Assembly: GCA_963743305.1 (NCBI GenBank)
Contig: CAVUPH010000020.1
Span: 132,813 to 196,812, forward strand
From: an uncultured delta proteobacterium
GTDB lineage: Bacteria > Desulfobacterota > RBG-13-43-22
Direction of reading: 5' to 3'
DNA length: 64,000 bases
Shown here: piece by piece, positions 51,269 to 61,667 of the stretch
How the letters are laid out: every line of letters starts with the position of its first letter
Position numbering within the stretch: the first letter of the stretch is position 1
Made by a program: the position numbers and the translations under genes
Notes under the pieces: model-generated
What the model saw: only the letters and a program-made list of their open reading frames with translations
Told to the model about the DNA's origin: nothing
The model's database searches: none

Positions 51269-52036
51269 ATGAAAATAAAGATACTCGGTTCTTCGGGTTC
51301 GGTGGCCCCGGGGCAAAACACGGCCGCTTTTCTGATCGATGATTTCCTGCTGCTGGATGCCGGGACGATCTCCCTCTCCCTCGACCGGGATGCCCAGTTC
51401 AAGATATCCCATATTTTTCTGACCCATGCCCATCTGGATCACGTCAAGGGTATCCCCTTCCTGGTGGACAACCTGGTGATGGCCCGCCCCAAGGCCCAGG
51501 TGACCGTCCTGAGCGGTCCGGAGGTCCTCCGGACCTTAAAAAGGCATATTTTCAATAACCGTATCTGGCCGGATTTTACCCGCATTCCCAGCGTGGAACA
51601 TCCGGTGTTGCGTTTCCAGGAAGTTTCCACCCGCTCCCCTTTCATCATCGGGGATTATAGAATTTATGCGGCCAGGGTCAACCACGTGGTCCCGGCCTAC
51701 GGCTATTTAGTGGAGGATAAGAACGGCCATGGGCTGGTCTATACCGGGGACTCCGGTCCGACGGAGGCCATTTGGAAACGCATGAAAGGCCATCAGGTCA
51801 ACGTCCTGATCGTGGAAGTTTCTTTTCCCAATTCGCAAGGGAAACTGGCCCGGAGATCGGGTCACTTGACGCCGGCGCTCCTCAAGAAAGAGATTCAGAA
51901 AATGCCCGTCCGTCCTGAAAAGATTTACATCTGTCATCCGAAACCCGTCTATCGACAGACCATCGAAAAAGAATTGGCCGGCCTTAAAGGGGTATCCCTG
52001 GCGATCCTGGAGGACGGGATGGAGATTCAAACCTAA
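51269..52036 (+). CDS. MBL-fold 3',5'-cyclic nucleotide phosphodiesterase (class II-like)
   Basis: LDAGT, THAHLDH, HIFNNRIWPDF, EVSFPN and GHLTP motifs. Confidence 0.85.
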   Translation: MKIKILGSSGSVAPGQNTAAFLIDDFLLLDAGTISLSLDRDAQFKISHIFLTHAHLDHVKGIPFLVDNLVMARPKAQVTVLSGPEVLRTLKRHIFNNRIWPDFTRIPSVEHPVLRFQEVSTRSPFIIGDYRIYAARVNHVVPAYGYLVEDKNGHGLVYTGDSGPTEAIWKRMKGHQVNVLIVEVSFPNSQGKLARRSGHLTPALLKKEIQKMPVRPEKIYICHPKPVYRQTIEKELAGLKGVSLAILEDGMEIQT

Positions 52037-52077
52037 ATATTTGCGACGGGATATTCAGGTCAGCGGGGGGGAGATTT

Positions 52078-52241
52078 GAGTGTACGAGTGCGTGTACGAG
52101 TACGGAAGCCTATAATGCGCAAAGCAGAAAACTGGAGGGCAAAGGGCTTTTGGCGGATGCTCGTTGCCTGGCAGCGGAGCCTGACGGAGGAATAGTCGAG
52201 CAAGCGTGCCGGCGCCTTACTCGTACACGTACTCGTACACG
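52078..52241. repeat. Inverted 6-nt-period repeat element (gagtac/gtgtac)
   Basis: gagtgtacgagtgcgtgtacgagtacg ... tactcgtacacgtactcgtacacg. Confidence 0.75.
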
Positions 52242-52345
52242 CCGGTCTCTCTTCGGGGATTGATAGCAGAGTCTGTTAATAACGGGATGACCTGGGTGCT
52301 GCCAAGGCTTTTTACCGGCAACCAGCAACGCCTTTTATTTCATAC

Positions 52346-54032
52346 CTATCCTCTGGTCAACCGCCGGTACTTGATCCGGTGCGGCTGGTCGGCTGCGGCC
52401 CCCAGTCGGGCCTTGCGGTCCGCCTCGTATTCGGTGTAGTTGCCGTCAAACCAGAGGACCTTGCTTTCCCCTTCAAAAGCCAGAATATGGGTGACGATCC
52501 GATCCAGGAACCAGCGGTCGTGGCTGATCACCAGGGCGCAGCCGCCGAAATTCTCCAGGGCCTCTTCCAGAGCCCGCATGGTGTTCACGTCCAGATCGTT
52601 GGTCGGTTCGTCCAGCAGGAGTACATTGGCGCCTTCCTTCAACATCCGCGCCAAGTGGACCCGATTCCGCTCCCCGCCGGAAATCAGGCCGACTTTTTTT
52701 TGCTGATCGCTGCCGGAAAAATTAAACCGGGCCACGTAAGCCCGGGAGTTGACCTCCCTGACCCCCAGTTTAATGGTATCCTGTCCCCCGGAAATCATTT
52801 CCCAGATCGTTTTTTCGGGGTCGAGCACCTCCCGGCTCTGATCCACGTAGGCGAGTGTCACCGTTTCCCCGATCCGCAGGGTGCCGGAATCCGGCGTTTC
52901 CTGCCCGGTGATCAGGCGAAAGAGGGTGGTTTTGCCGGCGCCGTTGGGACCGATGACCCCGACGATCGCCCCGGGGGGACGCTGAAGGTAACCCGGTCCA
53001 GGAGCAGGTTGTCCCATAGGCCTTGTCGACCTTTTCCGCCTCGATGACCACGTTGCCCGAGGCGCGGGCCCGGCGGGATATAGATCTCCAGTTCTTTTTC
53101 TCTCTTTTCGCTCTCCTGACCCACCAGGTTCTCATAGGAGGTGATGCGGGCCTTGGCTTTGGCATGCCGTCCTTTGGGGGACATGCGGATCCATTCCAGC
53201 TCCCGCTGCAGCGTCCGCTGGCGTTGGGTTTCGCTTTTTTCCTCCAGGCGCAGGCGGTTCTGTTTTTGTTCCAGCCAGGAGGAATAGTTGCCCTTCCAGG
53301 GGATGCCCTCGCCCCGGTCCAGTTCCAGGATCCAGCCGGCCACGTTGTCCAGGAAATAGCGGTCGTGGGTGACGGCAATGACGGTGCCGGCATAGCGCTG
53401 CAGATGGCTTTCCAGCCAGGCCACGGATTCGGCGTCGAGATGGTTGGTCGGTTCGTCCAGGAGCAGGATGTCCGGTTTCTGCAGAAGGAGACGGCAGAGG
53501 GCCACCCGACGCCTTTCGCCGCCGGAGAGGATCTTGACCGGCGTATCCCCGGGAGGGCAGCGCAGGGCCTCCATGGCCAGATCCAGTCGGGAATCCAGGT
53601 CCCAGGCATCCAGGGCGTCCAGCTTCTCCTGGACCTGTCCCTGGCGTTCGATGAGCTGATCCATTTCCTCAGTCGGACATGCGGTTCGGCAAACTGCTCG
53701 TTGATGCGGTTAAACTCGTTGAGCAGGTCCACGGTCGCCTGGACCCCTTGTTCCACGATTTCCTTCACGGTCCGGGTATCATCCAAGTGGGGTTCCTGTT
53801 CCAGAAAACCCACGGTATACCCGGGGGAGAGGATGGTCTGGCCGTTGAAATCCGGATCGACCCCGGCCAGGATCCGCAGCAGGGAACTCTTGCCCGACCC
53901 GTTCAAACCCAGCACCCCGATCTTGGCGCCGTAAAAATAGGACAAGGAGATGTCCTTCAGGATCGGTTTCTTGTCATAATATTTGCTCACTCTGATCATC
54001 GTATAGATGACTTTGTTCGGTTCGCTGGCCAT
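52346..54032 (-). CDS. ettA: Energy-dependent translational throttle ABC-F ATPase (frameshifts)
   Basis: [41 protein letters not shown] and PHRIKYRRL across three frames. Confidence 0.93.
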
Positions 54033-54115
54033 GGGGCGGTTTTTCTCCTTTATCGGTTATTTCTTCGTGTTAGATTCGATTATTGACTATTCGGCGGCTA
54101 ATAAGCAAATAGAAA

Positions 54116-54150
54116 TAAAAAAGGAGCCGCCCCGCAGGGGCAAACTCCTT
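54116..54150 (-). terminator. Intrinsic terminator after tRNA-Lys
   Basis: Minus strand aaggag..gcccc-tgc-ggggc..ctcctt followed by a T-run. Confidence 0.7.
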
Positions 54151-54158
54151 GGAATTTG

Positions 54159-54234
54159 TGGTGGGCCGTCGGGGGCTCGAACCCCAAACCTACTGATTAA
54201 GAGTCAGTTGCTCTACCAGTTGAGCTAACGGCCC
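54159..54234 (-). tRNA. tRNA-Lys (CTT)
   Basis: Reverse complement gggccgttagctcaactggtagagcaactgact-CTT-aatcag...ggttcgagccc...cggcccacca. Confidence 0.97.
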
Positions 54235-54314
54235 GAAAAATTAATTTTTTTACCACAATCGTCAATTAATGACAAGAAAAAATTTAAGAGTGGTTGATCG
54301 GAAGCAGGCGGGAG

Positions 54315-54390
54315 GGGATGGGAAGAAAGAAGATGGAAGAGGGGAGAGGGAAGCAAAAGAAAAGAGAAGAGAGAAGAGAGAAGAGAGAAA
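54315..54390. repeat. Purine-rich 7-nt-period tract
   Basis: gaagaaa gaagatg gaagagg ... (gaagaga)3; related tracts at 35552-35600 and, reverse-complemented, 61841-61892. Confidence 0.65.
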
Positions 54391-54407
54391 TAACAGAGGG
54401 GTTGGAT

Positions 54408-54671
54408 TTAGGGGAGTTTATTCTTCTGGATTCCCTCTATACAGGCGAAGATCCTTTCCAGGCGGCTCTGAGGTAACCCGCCAAAGGCTTCCTGGAGGAC
54501 CTCCCGGGGAAAGTGTTCCTTTAAAAAAGTCCCCACCTCCATCCGGGTTTCCCAGCAATTTATGAAATTGCGACAGGGGAGGTCGGACTGGACCCGTCGG
54601 CAGTAATTGAAAGTCATCATGGTTCCCATCTGGGGGCAATAGATTTCCAGAAGATCGTGTTCGTCAAGCAT
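54408..54671 (-). CDS. Small Cys-containing hypothetical protein
   Basis: GGAGG RBS; CPQMG..FNYC..LPC..CW pattern. Confidence 0.6.
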   Translation of the reverse strand: MLDEHDLLEIYCPQMGTMMTFNYCRRVQSDLPCRNFINCWETRMEVGTFLKEHFPREVLQEAFGGLPQSRLERIFACIEGIQKNKLP

Positions 54672-54726
54672 GACAGTACCTCCGGGATAGCCGGTCAAAG
54701 CCGACCGGCTATCCCTAATTTAACGT

Positions 54727-56097
54727 TTATCTAGGAGGGCATTTGGGGAAATTCTCCAGAGCCAACAAGGACTGTTGAATCTCATCATCAGGCATTTCAT
54801 AATCGGAAAGTTTTCCTTCAAAATAGGCATTATAGGCCATCAGGTCCACCAGACCGTGGCCGCTCCAGTTGACCAGGATGGTCTTGGCTTTGCCCTCTTC
54901 CTTGCACTTCTTGGCCTCCTGAATAACCGCGGCCAGGGCGTGGTTGGTTTCCGGGGCGGGGATAAAGCCTTCGGTCCGGGCCCAGGTAACCCCGGCGGCG
55001 AAGGTTTCCAATTGGAATACCGCCCGCGGTTCGATCATCTTATCGAGGATTAACTGGGATACAATGGGGGCCATGCCGTGGTAACGAAGCCCGCCGGCAT
55101 GGATGGGGGCCGGTACAAAGGCATGTCCCAGGCTGTGCATGGGCAGCAGGGGGTCATCTGAACGGTATCGCCGAAATCATAGACAAAGGGCCCTTTGGTC
55201 ATGGTCGGGCAGGAGGCCGGTTCCACGGCAATCACCTGGACCTGTTTGCCGTTGATTTTGTCCAGAATGAAGGGCAGGGCCAGTCCGGCGAAATTACTTC
55301 CCCCGCCGGCGCAGCCGATGACGATGTCGGGATATTCCCCGATTTTTTCCATCTGCTTCTGGGCCTCCAGGCCGATGATGGTCTGGTGCAGCATCACGTG
55401 GTTCAAGACGCTGCCCAGGGCATACTTGGTATCCGGGGTGGTCACGGCGTCTTCCACGGCTTCGCTGATGGCGATGCCCAGGCTGCCCGGGGTGTCGGGA
55501 TTCTGCTCCAGGATCTTCCGTCCGGCATTGGTGTCCGGGCTGGGGCTGGGCACACAGGTGGCCCCCCAGGTGTTCATCATCAGGCGACGGTAGGGTTTCT
55601 GGTCGAAGCTGATCCGCACCATATAGACCTTGACTTCCAGACCATAGAGTGCCCCGGCAAAGCTCATGGCGCTGCCCCACTGTCCGGCGCCGGTTTCAGT
55701 GGAGATCCGCTTGGTGCCGAAGACCTTGTTGTAATACGCTTGGGGAATGGACGGTATTCGGCTTGTGACTGCCCGCCGGGCTGACTCCCTCATGCTTGAA
55801 ATAAATCTTGGCCGGGGTTTGGAGAAATTGTTCCAGACCGTAGGCTCGGCCCAGTGGGCTAGGCCGATAATAGGCGTATTTTTCCAGAACCGGTTCCGGG
55901 ATGTCGATCCAGCGTTCGGGGCTGACCTCCTGTTCAATCAGATTCATGGGGAATATGGGGGCCAGATCATCCGGGCCCACCGGCTGTCCCGTGCCGGGGT
56001 GCAGGGGAGGGAGCATCCCATTGGGCATGTCGGGTAAGATGTTGTACCACTGCCTGGGCATTTCGTCTTCGGTCAAAAGCACTTTTTTTTGCAACAT
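54727..56097 (-). CDS. trpB2: Tryptophan synthase beta chain 2 (TrpB-like; two frameshifts)
   Basis: [26 protein letters not shown] and HAGGLRYHG motifs. Confidence 0.92.
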
Positions 56098-56402
56098 GGT
56101 TCCTCCTTGAAGTAGGTAGTAATAGTACTAAACCTCTGGGACGATGGTTATGCTTCCCAAGCACCTCCTTTCCTTATATTGAACCAAGCTAACTATATAC
56201 AAGGTCCGGAATGCCTGTCAATTTATTTTGAACCTGTTTTTCCGTATTCTCTCGACCATTGCTTTTTTCGGGCAGAAGGACTATAAAATTAACTTTAGAT
56301 TTCGAGGGAGAGTCGGTTTCTTTTAAAGACCACATATTAATAATCAATAATCTAGTTGTTAATTATCGAACCGGTTCGTTTCTATTTTCGTACTAACTGA
56401 CC

Positions 56403-56993
56403 ATGCCCCCTTTCTCTCTTATATTGGCCTCGGAGTCCCCGAGGCGGCAGGCCTTGCTGAACGATCTGGGAATACCTTTCCGAGTAGTTGCCCCCCGGGT
56501 AGAGGAGATTCCCAGGGCGGGTGAGCAGCCGGCCGTTTTTTCGAAGCGCATGGCCCAGGAAAAGGCCAGAACGGTTTCACAACAATACCCCGAAGATTGG
56601 GTTTTAGGGGCCGATACGGTGGTCAGTCTGGGAAAGCGCCTTTTGGGGAAACCGGATTCGCTCCGGGAGGCCAAGAAGTTTTTGGAGGCTTTAAACAACC
56701 GGACCCACGAAGTGATCACCAGTTTCTGTTTGATCAACCAATCGCTCAAGAAGGCCCTGGCCCGGAGCGTCTATACCCGGGTAACCTTTAAGCATTTTTC
56801 CCGTCGGGAGATCGACTGGTATCTGCAGACCGGGGAACCACTGGATAAGGCCGGGGCCTATGCCATCCAGGGGCGGGGATCTTTTTTGGTCCGCGAGATT
56901 AAAGGGTCTTACACCAACGTGGTCGGTTTGCCTTTGACGGAAGTTCTGGAGACGCTGGAGAAAAATGCCGGGTTTAGACTGGGGGAGGGATGA
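56403..56993 (+). CDS. maf: Maf family NTP pyrophosphatase
   Basis: LASESPRR, GADTVV, DKAGAYAIQG and NVVGLPL motifs. Confidence 0.95.
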   Translation: MPPFSLILASESPRRQALLNDLGIPFRVVAPRVEEIPRAGEQPAVFSKRMAQEKARTVSQQYPEDWVLGADTVVSLGKRLLGKPDSLREAKKFLEALNNRTHEVITSFCLINQSLKKALARSVYTRVTFKHFSRREIDWYLQTGEPLDKAGAYAIQGRGSFLVREIKGSYTNVVGLPLTEVLETLEKNAGFRLGEG

Positions 56994-57147
56994 TGGACTC
57001 GTAGAGAGTCCATCATCAGCCCGAGTGTGATTAAGCGCCGGGCTGGGGTGGGGGTGGAACCATTGGAATTCACTTCCAATGGCGGGGGAGGGGGAGCCCT
57101 CCCCCGCCGAGCAGAAAGTCGTTTTTTTGACTTTTTGCGAGGTGATT
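56991..57147 (+). mobile_element. Full copy of the TIR-shell MITE (reverse complement of 16731-16888)
   Basis: tgatggactcgta...ccattggaattcacttccaatggcggggga...gactttttgcgagg. Confidence 0.85.
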
Positions 57148-57160
57148 TAAGGAGAAATAG

Positions 57161-57844
57161 ATGAACGGGATCAATGACAATATCCAGCGGGTTCGGGAGC
57201 GCATGGAGCGGGCCTGCTCCCGTTCAGGACGTCGACTGGACGAGGTTTTGTTGGTGGCTGTATCTAAGACCCTGCCGGCCGAGCGAATCCGGGAAGCCCT
57301 GGATGCCGGGCTGACCCATTTCGGAGAAAATTATATTCAGGAGGCCCAGAAAAAAATTGAAGAACTCCAGGGAGGGGCCTGGCATTTTATCGGCCACCTT
57401 CAGCGGAACAAGGCGCGGACGGCGGTCAAACTTTTTTCAATGATCGAAACCGTAGATCGACTTCCTCTGGCCGAGGAATTGGACCGTCAGGCCCGGGAGG
57501 CGGGAAAAGTCCTGGAAGTCCTCATTCAGGTCAACGAAGCGGAAGAGGAAAGCAAATCCGGGCTCCCGCCCGACAAGGTCCCGGCGTTGCTGGAAGCCCT
57601 CTTTTCATTGCCCGGTCTGCGGATCCGGGGCCTAATGGCCATCCCGCCTTATGACCCGGACCCGGAGAGTTCGCGCCCCTGGTTTCGGTCTCTTTATCGA
57701 TGGCGGGAGAAGTGGCAAAATCAGTTTCCCTCTCTGGACCTGTCCCAGCTTTCCCTGGGCATGTCCCATGATTTTGAAACAGCTATAGAAGAGGGGGCCA
57801 CGCTGATCCGAGTGGGCACCGCCCTTTTTGGGGCCCGAGGGTGA
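57161..57844 (+). CDS. yggS: PLP homeostasis protein YggS
   Basis: AVSKT, FGENYIQE, WHFIGHLQRNK and SLGMSHDF motifs. Confidence 0.95.
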   Translation: MNGINDNIQRVRERMERACSRSGRRLDEVLLVAVSKTLPAERIREALDAGLTHFGENYIQEAQKKIEELQGGAWHFIGHLQRNKARTAVKLFSMIETVDRLPLAEELDRQAREAGKVLEVLIQVNEAEEESKSGLPPDKVPALLEALFSLPGLRIRGLMAIPPYDPDPESSRPWFRSLYRWREKWQNQFPSLDLSQLSLGMSHDFETAIEEGATLIRVGTALFGARG

Positions 57845-57944
57845 AATTCTCCGGCGTAGTAGATTCCCGGGTTTATGGTTTACAACGGCCACGGTTTATG
57901 GCATAAAATTGGATTATTTTAAAATCGACAGGAGCTGAAAGCTT

Positions 57945-59297
57945 ATGGCCATCCTTGCCCCCTTTCGCGGGTTGATTTATAATCCCGAAAAAATCACCGA
58001 CCTTTCCAGGGTCATCACCCCTCCCTACGATGTCATTTCCCCCCAGCAGCAGGAGGCCCTATACGCCCGGCACCCCTATAACATGATCCAATTGGACCTG
58101 GGGAAGAACCTTCCCGGAGACAGCCCTACCTACAATCAGTATACCCGGGCCGCCCAACTTTTAAAGAAATGGCAAAAGGAAAAAGTGCTGGTTCGAGAAC
58201 CGAAGCCGGCCATTTATCTGTACCGGATTCATTATCCTTTCCCGGGGCAAGGACTACGTCAACGCACCGGCTTCATCGCTCTCTTGGGCTTGGAACCCTT
58301 CGACTCCGGCATGGTCCGTCCCCATGAAAAGACCTTTTCGGGAATCAAGGTCGATCGCTTCCACTTGCTGGACCATTGCCAGGCCCAGTTCTGCCCGATT
58401 TTTTCCTTTTATTCGGACCCGGAAAATCAGGTGGTGGAGCTGCTTACTTCCCGGGCCCATCCTGAACCGTTTATTGACTATCAGGATGACGACGGCATCC
58501 GGCACCAACTCTGGCGGGTGACCGATAAGGCGGTTCTGAAAAAGGTTCAAAAGGATTTTCAGGAAAAGTTCGTCTACATTGCCGATGGGCACCATCGCTA
58601 TGAAACCGGCCTGGCCTATAAGCAGGCCATGCAGGAGCGGTATCCCGACAGCCCTCCGGGCGCACCCTTCAACTTCACCCTCATGTTTCTCTGTAATATG
58701 CACGACCCCGGGTTGACCATCCTCCCCACCCATCGCGTTCTTTGCCAGTTTCCCGAGGAACGATTGGCTCATTTTGAAAAGGATATCGCCGAGGACTTCC
58801 TGGTGGAAAGGTTTCCCTTTGAGAAGGCGAACCGGAAAAAAGTGAAGCAGGCGTTTTTAACCCGAATGAAGGAGAAAGCCCGGGAGGGGCACGTGCTGGG
58901 AGTTTTTTCCGCCGCCCCCTCAACCCTCTATCTGCTGACCCTGAAAAGGGCTTGCTTGGAAGGAGCTTGCGCGGAAGACCTCCACCCGATCCTCCGGAAG
59001 TTGGACGTGATGATCCTGAGCCGCCTGGTTTTGCAGAAAGTGCTAGGGATCAAACCCGAAGAACTGGATCGGGAAAACCTGATCGAATACCGCCATGATA
59101 CCCGGGAGGCTATGGCCTTAGTGGAATCAGGGTGCTGCCGGATGGCCCTTTTATTAAGTCCCCCGCCCATCCAGCGGATCCAGGAAGTGGCCGAAGCCGG
59201 CTTGGTCATGCCCCGCAAATCCACCTTTTTTTACCCCAAAACTCCCACCGGGTTGGTGATCAATATCATGAAACCCAATGAAACCATCATGGTCTGA
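57945..59297 (+). CDS. DUF1015 family protein
   Basis: PPYDVI, PHEKT, IADGHHRYET and MPRKSTFFYPK motifs. Confidence 0.92.
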   Translation: MAILAPFRGLIYNPEKITDLSRVITPPYDVISPQQQEALYARHPYNMIQLDLGKNLPGDSPTYNQYTRAAQLLKKWQKEKVLVREPKPAIYLYRIHYPFPGQGLRQRTGFIALLGLEPFDSGMVRPHEKTFSGIKVDRFHLLDHCQAQFCPIFSFYSDPENQVVELLTSRAHPEPFIDYQDDDGIRHQLWRVTDKAVLKKVQKDFQEKFVYIADGHHRYETGLAYKQAMQERYPDSPPGAPFNFTLMFLCNMHDPGLTILPTHRVLCQFPEERLAHFEKDIAEDFLVERFPFEKANRKKVKQAFLTRMKEKAREGHVLGVFSAAPSTLYLLTLKRACLEGACAEDLHPILRKLDVMILSRLVLQKVLGIKPEELDRENLIEYRHDTREAMALVESGCCRMALLLSPPPIQRIQEVAEAGLVMPRKSTFFYPKTPTGLVINIMKPNETIMV

Positions 59298-60036
59298 GAT
59301 AGCCGGCGGCTCAGGGGAGGATGAAACCTTAGACGTCTGGGCCCCGGCGGATCTTCGGCTGATCCAGAAGAAAGGCGGCTATCGTTTCGCTCTCGATTCC
59401 CTGCTTCTTTCCGATTTTACCCGTCTGAAATCCAAGGATCGCGTTCTGGAGTTAGGGATCGGCTGCGGGATTGTCTCTTTAGGGCTTTTTCGAAAATATC
59501 CGGAAATTTGCCTGGTAGGTCTGGAACTCCAGGCCGGGTTCGTTGAGCTGGCCCGCCGTAACCTGGGTTTAAACCAGGCCGAGAATCGCATTTCCCTGGT
59601 CCGGGGGGACATTCGTTCCCTGCCTTATCTCTTTCGGCCGGGCTCCTTTGACGCCGTGGTGACCAATCCCCCCTACCGACCGCTCCGTACCGGTCGAATC
59701 AATCCCCACTCTGAGAAGGCCCTGGCCCGACACGAGATAGCAATCGATCTGGAGCATCTCCTGGCCGCCAGTCGACAGGTCTTGAAAAAAGGAGGGAGAT
59801 TTTTTCTGATCTACCCGGTCCGTAGGCTGCCCGCTCTTTTAGCCCTGTCCCGGCAAAATCACCTGGAACCCAAGCGCTTGCGCCTGGTGCACCCCCTGGC
59901 CGACCGGGATGCCGATTGGGTGCTGCTGGAGGCGGTTAAGGAAGGGGGCGAAGAACTTAAGGTCCTGCCTGTTTTGGTGGTTTACGAGAAGCCCGGTATT
60001 TACTCGCCCGAGGTTCGGGATCTGCTGGGGCGCTGA
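59278..60036 (+). CDS. tRNA1(Val) A37 N6-methyltransferase-like
   Basis: GYRFALDSLLL, LELGIGCG, TNPPY and ARHE motifs. Confidence 0.85.
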   Translation: MKPSWSEIAGGSGEDETLDVWAPADLRLIQKKGGYRFALDSLLLSDFTRLKSKDRVLELGIGCGIVSLGLFRKYPEICLVGLELQAGFVELARRNLGLNQAENRISLVRGDIRSLPYLFRPGSFDAVVTNPPYRPLRTGRINPHSEKALARHEIAIDLEHLLAASRQVLKKGGRFFLIYPVRRLPALLALSRQNHLEPKRLRLVHPLADRDADWVLLEAVKEGGEELKVLPVLVVYEKPGIYSPEVRDLLGR

Positions 60037-60502
60037 AGCGAAGGCTTTTTTCCATCAAGGCTTGGATCCTATCCCGCAGTTCAGGGTTTTTAATATCCTG
60101 AGACACCTGGTGGATGGATTTTTTCTCTTTACGGGAGAGGGCCCGAGGGTTTTCGGGCAGGTTGTTTTTCGTTTCGTTCCTGTTCCGTTCCTGTGGCGGG
60201 AGGTCCCCGGTTTTGAGGCGTACCTCTTTAATAAGGGTTTGATTCAGGCGTCGATTGATTTCCTGCCGGAGGGGTTCTTTTAAAAACTGGAATTGCTGGG
60301 CGGCGGCCGGGTTGGAAACTACGACCTGGAGAGTCCCTTCCTTGAGTCCTTCCAGACAGGTGTAGGGCCGCAAGGCCTCCGGGATCATTTCCGACCAGAG
60401 TTCGATCACTTGCGGGACAACCGGATCAATCGGCAGCCCCCCGCCGTTGATGAGCCCCTGGAGAATCGTTCCCAGGGACTGCATTTTTTTGTCTGGTTTC
60501 AT
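59957..60502 (-). CDS. DUF721/DciA family protein
   Basis: W..M...GTLQVVVSNPAAAQQFQFLK; AGGAGG RBS. Confidence 0.7.
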   Translation of the reverse strand: MKPDKKMQSLGTILQGLINGGGLPIDPVVPQVIELWSEMIPEALRPYTCLEGLKEGTLQVVVSNPAAAQQFQFLKEPLRQEINRRLNQTLIKEVRLKTGDLPPQERNRNETKNNLPENPRALSRKEKKSIHQVSQDIKNPELRDRIQALMEKSLRFSAPADPEPRASKYRASRKPPKQAGP

Positions 60503-60517
60503 AAAACCTCCTCTTAT

Positions 60518-60835
60518 ACCCAGGGTGGGCAACCACGAGGCATGAAAATACACGGAATTGCCAGCAAAAACGTCATTGCGAGAGAGTGGAGCGACGAAGC
60601 AATCCCCCAACTGGCTCCCGGGTTCCTCTAAGTTGTCGATGGGGATTGCTTCGCTTCGCTCGCAATGACCGGAGCTGGGGCTATTTTCGTATTAAATGAA
60701 CGTCGAACATCGAACATCGAAGGTCCAACCTTGAATGAATAACAAACCTTCATTGCCGACCCGAGAGCGGCCATTTCTTTTTCTTAATCGTCTCCTATTA
60801 AACATTCGAAGTTGGATGTTCGATGTTGGACGTTC
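60518..60835. repeat. Composite repeat block: REP palindrome (60571-60669) inside a second shell, plus heptamer element D (60696-60835)
   Basis: gtcattgcgag..gaagcaatcccc...ggggattgcttcg..ctcgcaatgac, then aacatcg arms. Confidence 0.8.
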
Positions 60836-60838
60836 CCC

Positions 60839-61654
60839 TCACCACTCCATCCTCCTGAATGCCCGGCAGGTGTTTTGGTAGAGGACCGGAGCCAGTTCCG
60901 CCACAGGAATTCCCCTGATTTCCGCCAATCGTTCGGCCGTGTGTACCAAGTAGGCGGGTTCGTTTCGTTTCCCCCGGAACGGGTGGGGGGGCAGGAAAGG
61001 CGCGTCGGTTTCCAGGAGGAGTGACTCAAGGGGAGCCCGGCGGACGACTTCTTCCAGGGAAGAGCCTTTCTTATAGGTCAAGGCGCCGGTTACGGATAGA
61101 AAAAAATTCCAATCCAGGCAGCGCCGGGCCATGGCCCAATCCCCGGAAAAACAGTGGAAGAGACCGCCGATCTCCCAGGCCTTTTCCTCGGCCAAGATTT
61201 GGAGTGTCTCCTCATGGGCCTGGCGGTCATGAATCACGATCGGCAAGGAAACTTCCCGGGCCAATTGCAGGCATCGTCGGAAGCAGGCCTTTTGGTGTTC
61301 CCTCGGGGAGTAATTTCGAAAAAAATCCAACCCGATCTCGCCGATAGCCACCACCTTGGGATCTCCAGCCAGGACCCGTAATTCCGAAAGGGCCGGTTCA
61401 TCAGCGGCTGAGGCTTCATGGGGATGAAGGCCGACGGTAGCCCAGATATGGGGGTTGGTCTTGGCCAAGACCAGGGCCTGCCGGCTGCTTTCCAAATCGA
61501 TCCCGATGGTGATTATGGCGGCCAACTTCCGTTCCCAGGCCCTTTCCAGCACCTTCGGACGATCCGCATCAAAGTCCCCCATATCCAAATGGGCATGAGT
61601 GTCGATCCAGACGGGAGGGGTGGGCGCTGAGTGAGAAGTGGTTTTTTCAGTCAT
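60839..61654 (-). CDS. tatD: TatD family hydrolase
   Basis: DTHAH, GLHPH, GEIGLD, HDR, HCFSG and ETDAP motifs. Confidence 0.94.
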   Translation of the reverse strand: MTEKTTSHSAPTPPVWIDTHAHLDMGDFDADRPKVLERAWERKLAAIITIGIDLESSRQALVLAKTNPHIWATVGLHPHEASAADEPALSELRVLAGDPKVVAIGEIGLDFFRNYSPREHQKACFRRCLQLAREVSLPIVIHDRQAHEETLQILAEEKAWEIGGLFHCFSGDWAMARRCLDWNFFLSVTGALTYKKGSSLEEVVRRAPLESLLLETDAPFLPPHPFRGKRNEPAYLVHTAERLAEIRGIPVAELAPVLYQNTCRAFRRMEW

Positions 61655-61667
61655 TGTCGTATTAAAA

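Noticed and set aside
59957-60036. 80-bp convergent overlap of the methyltransferase and DUF721 genes
   Set aside because: The DUF721 tail looks like a non-conserved run-on, which is common in convergent pairs.
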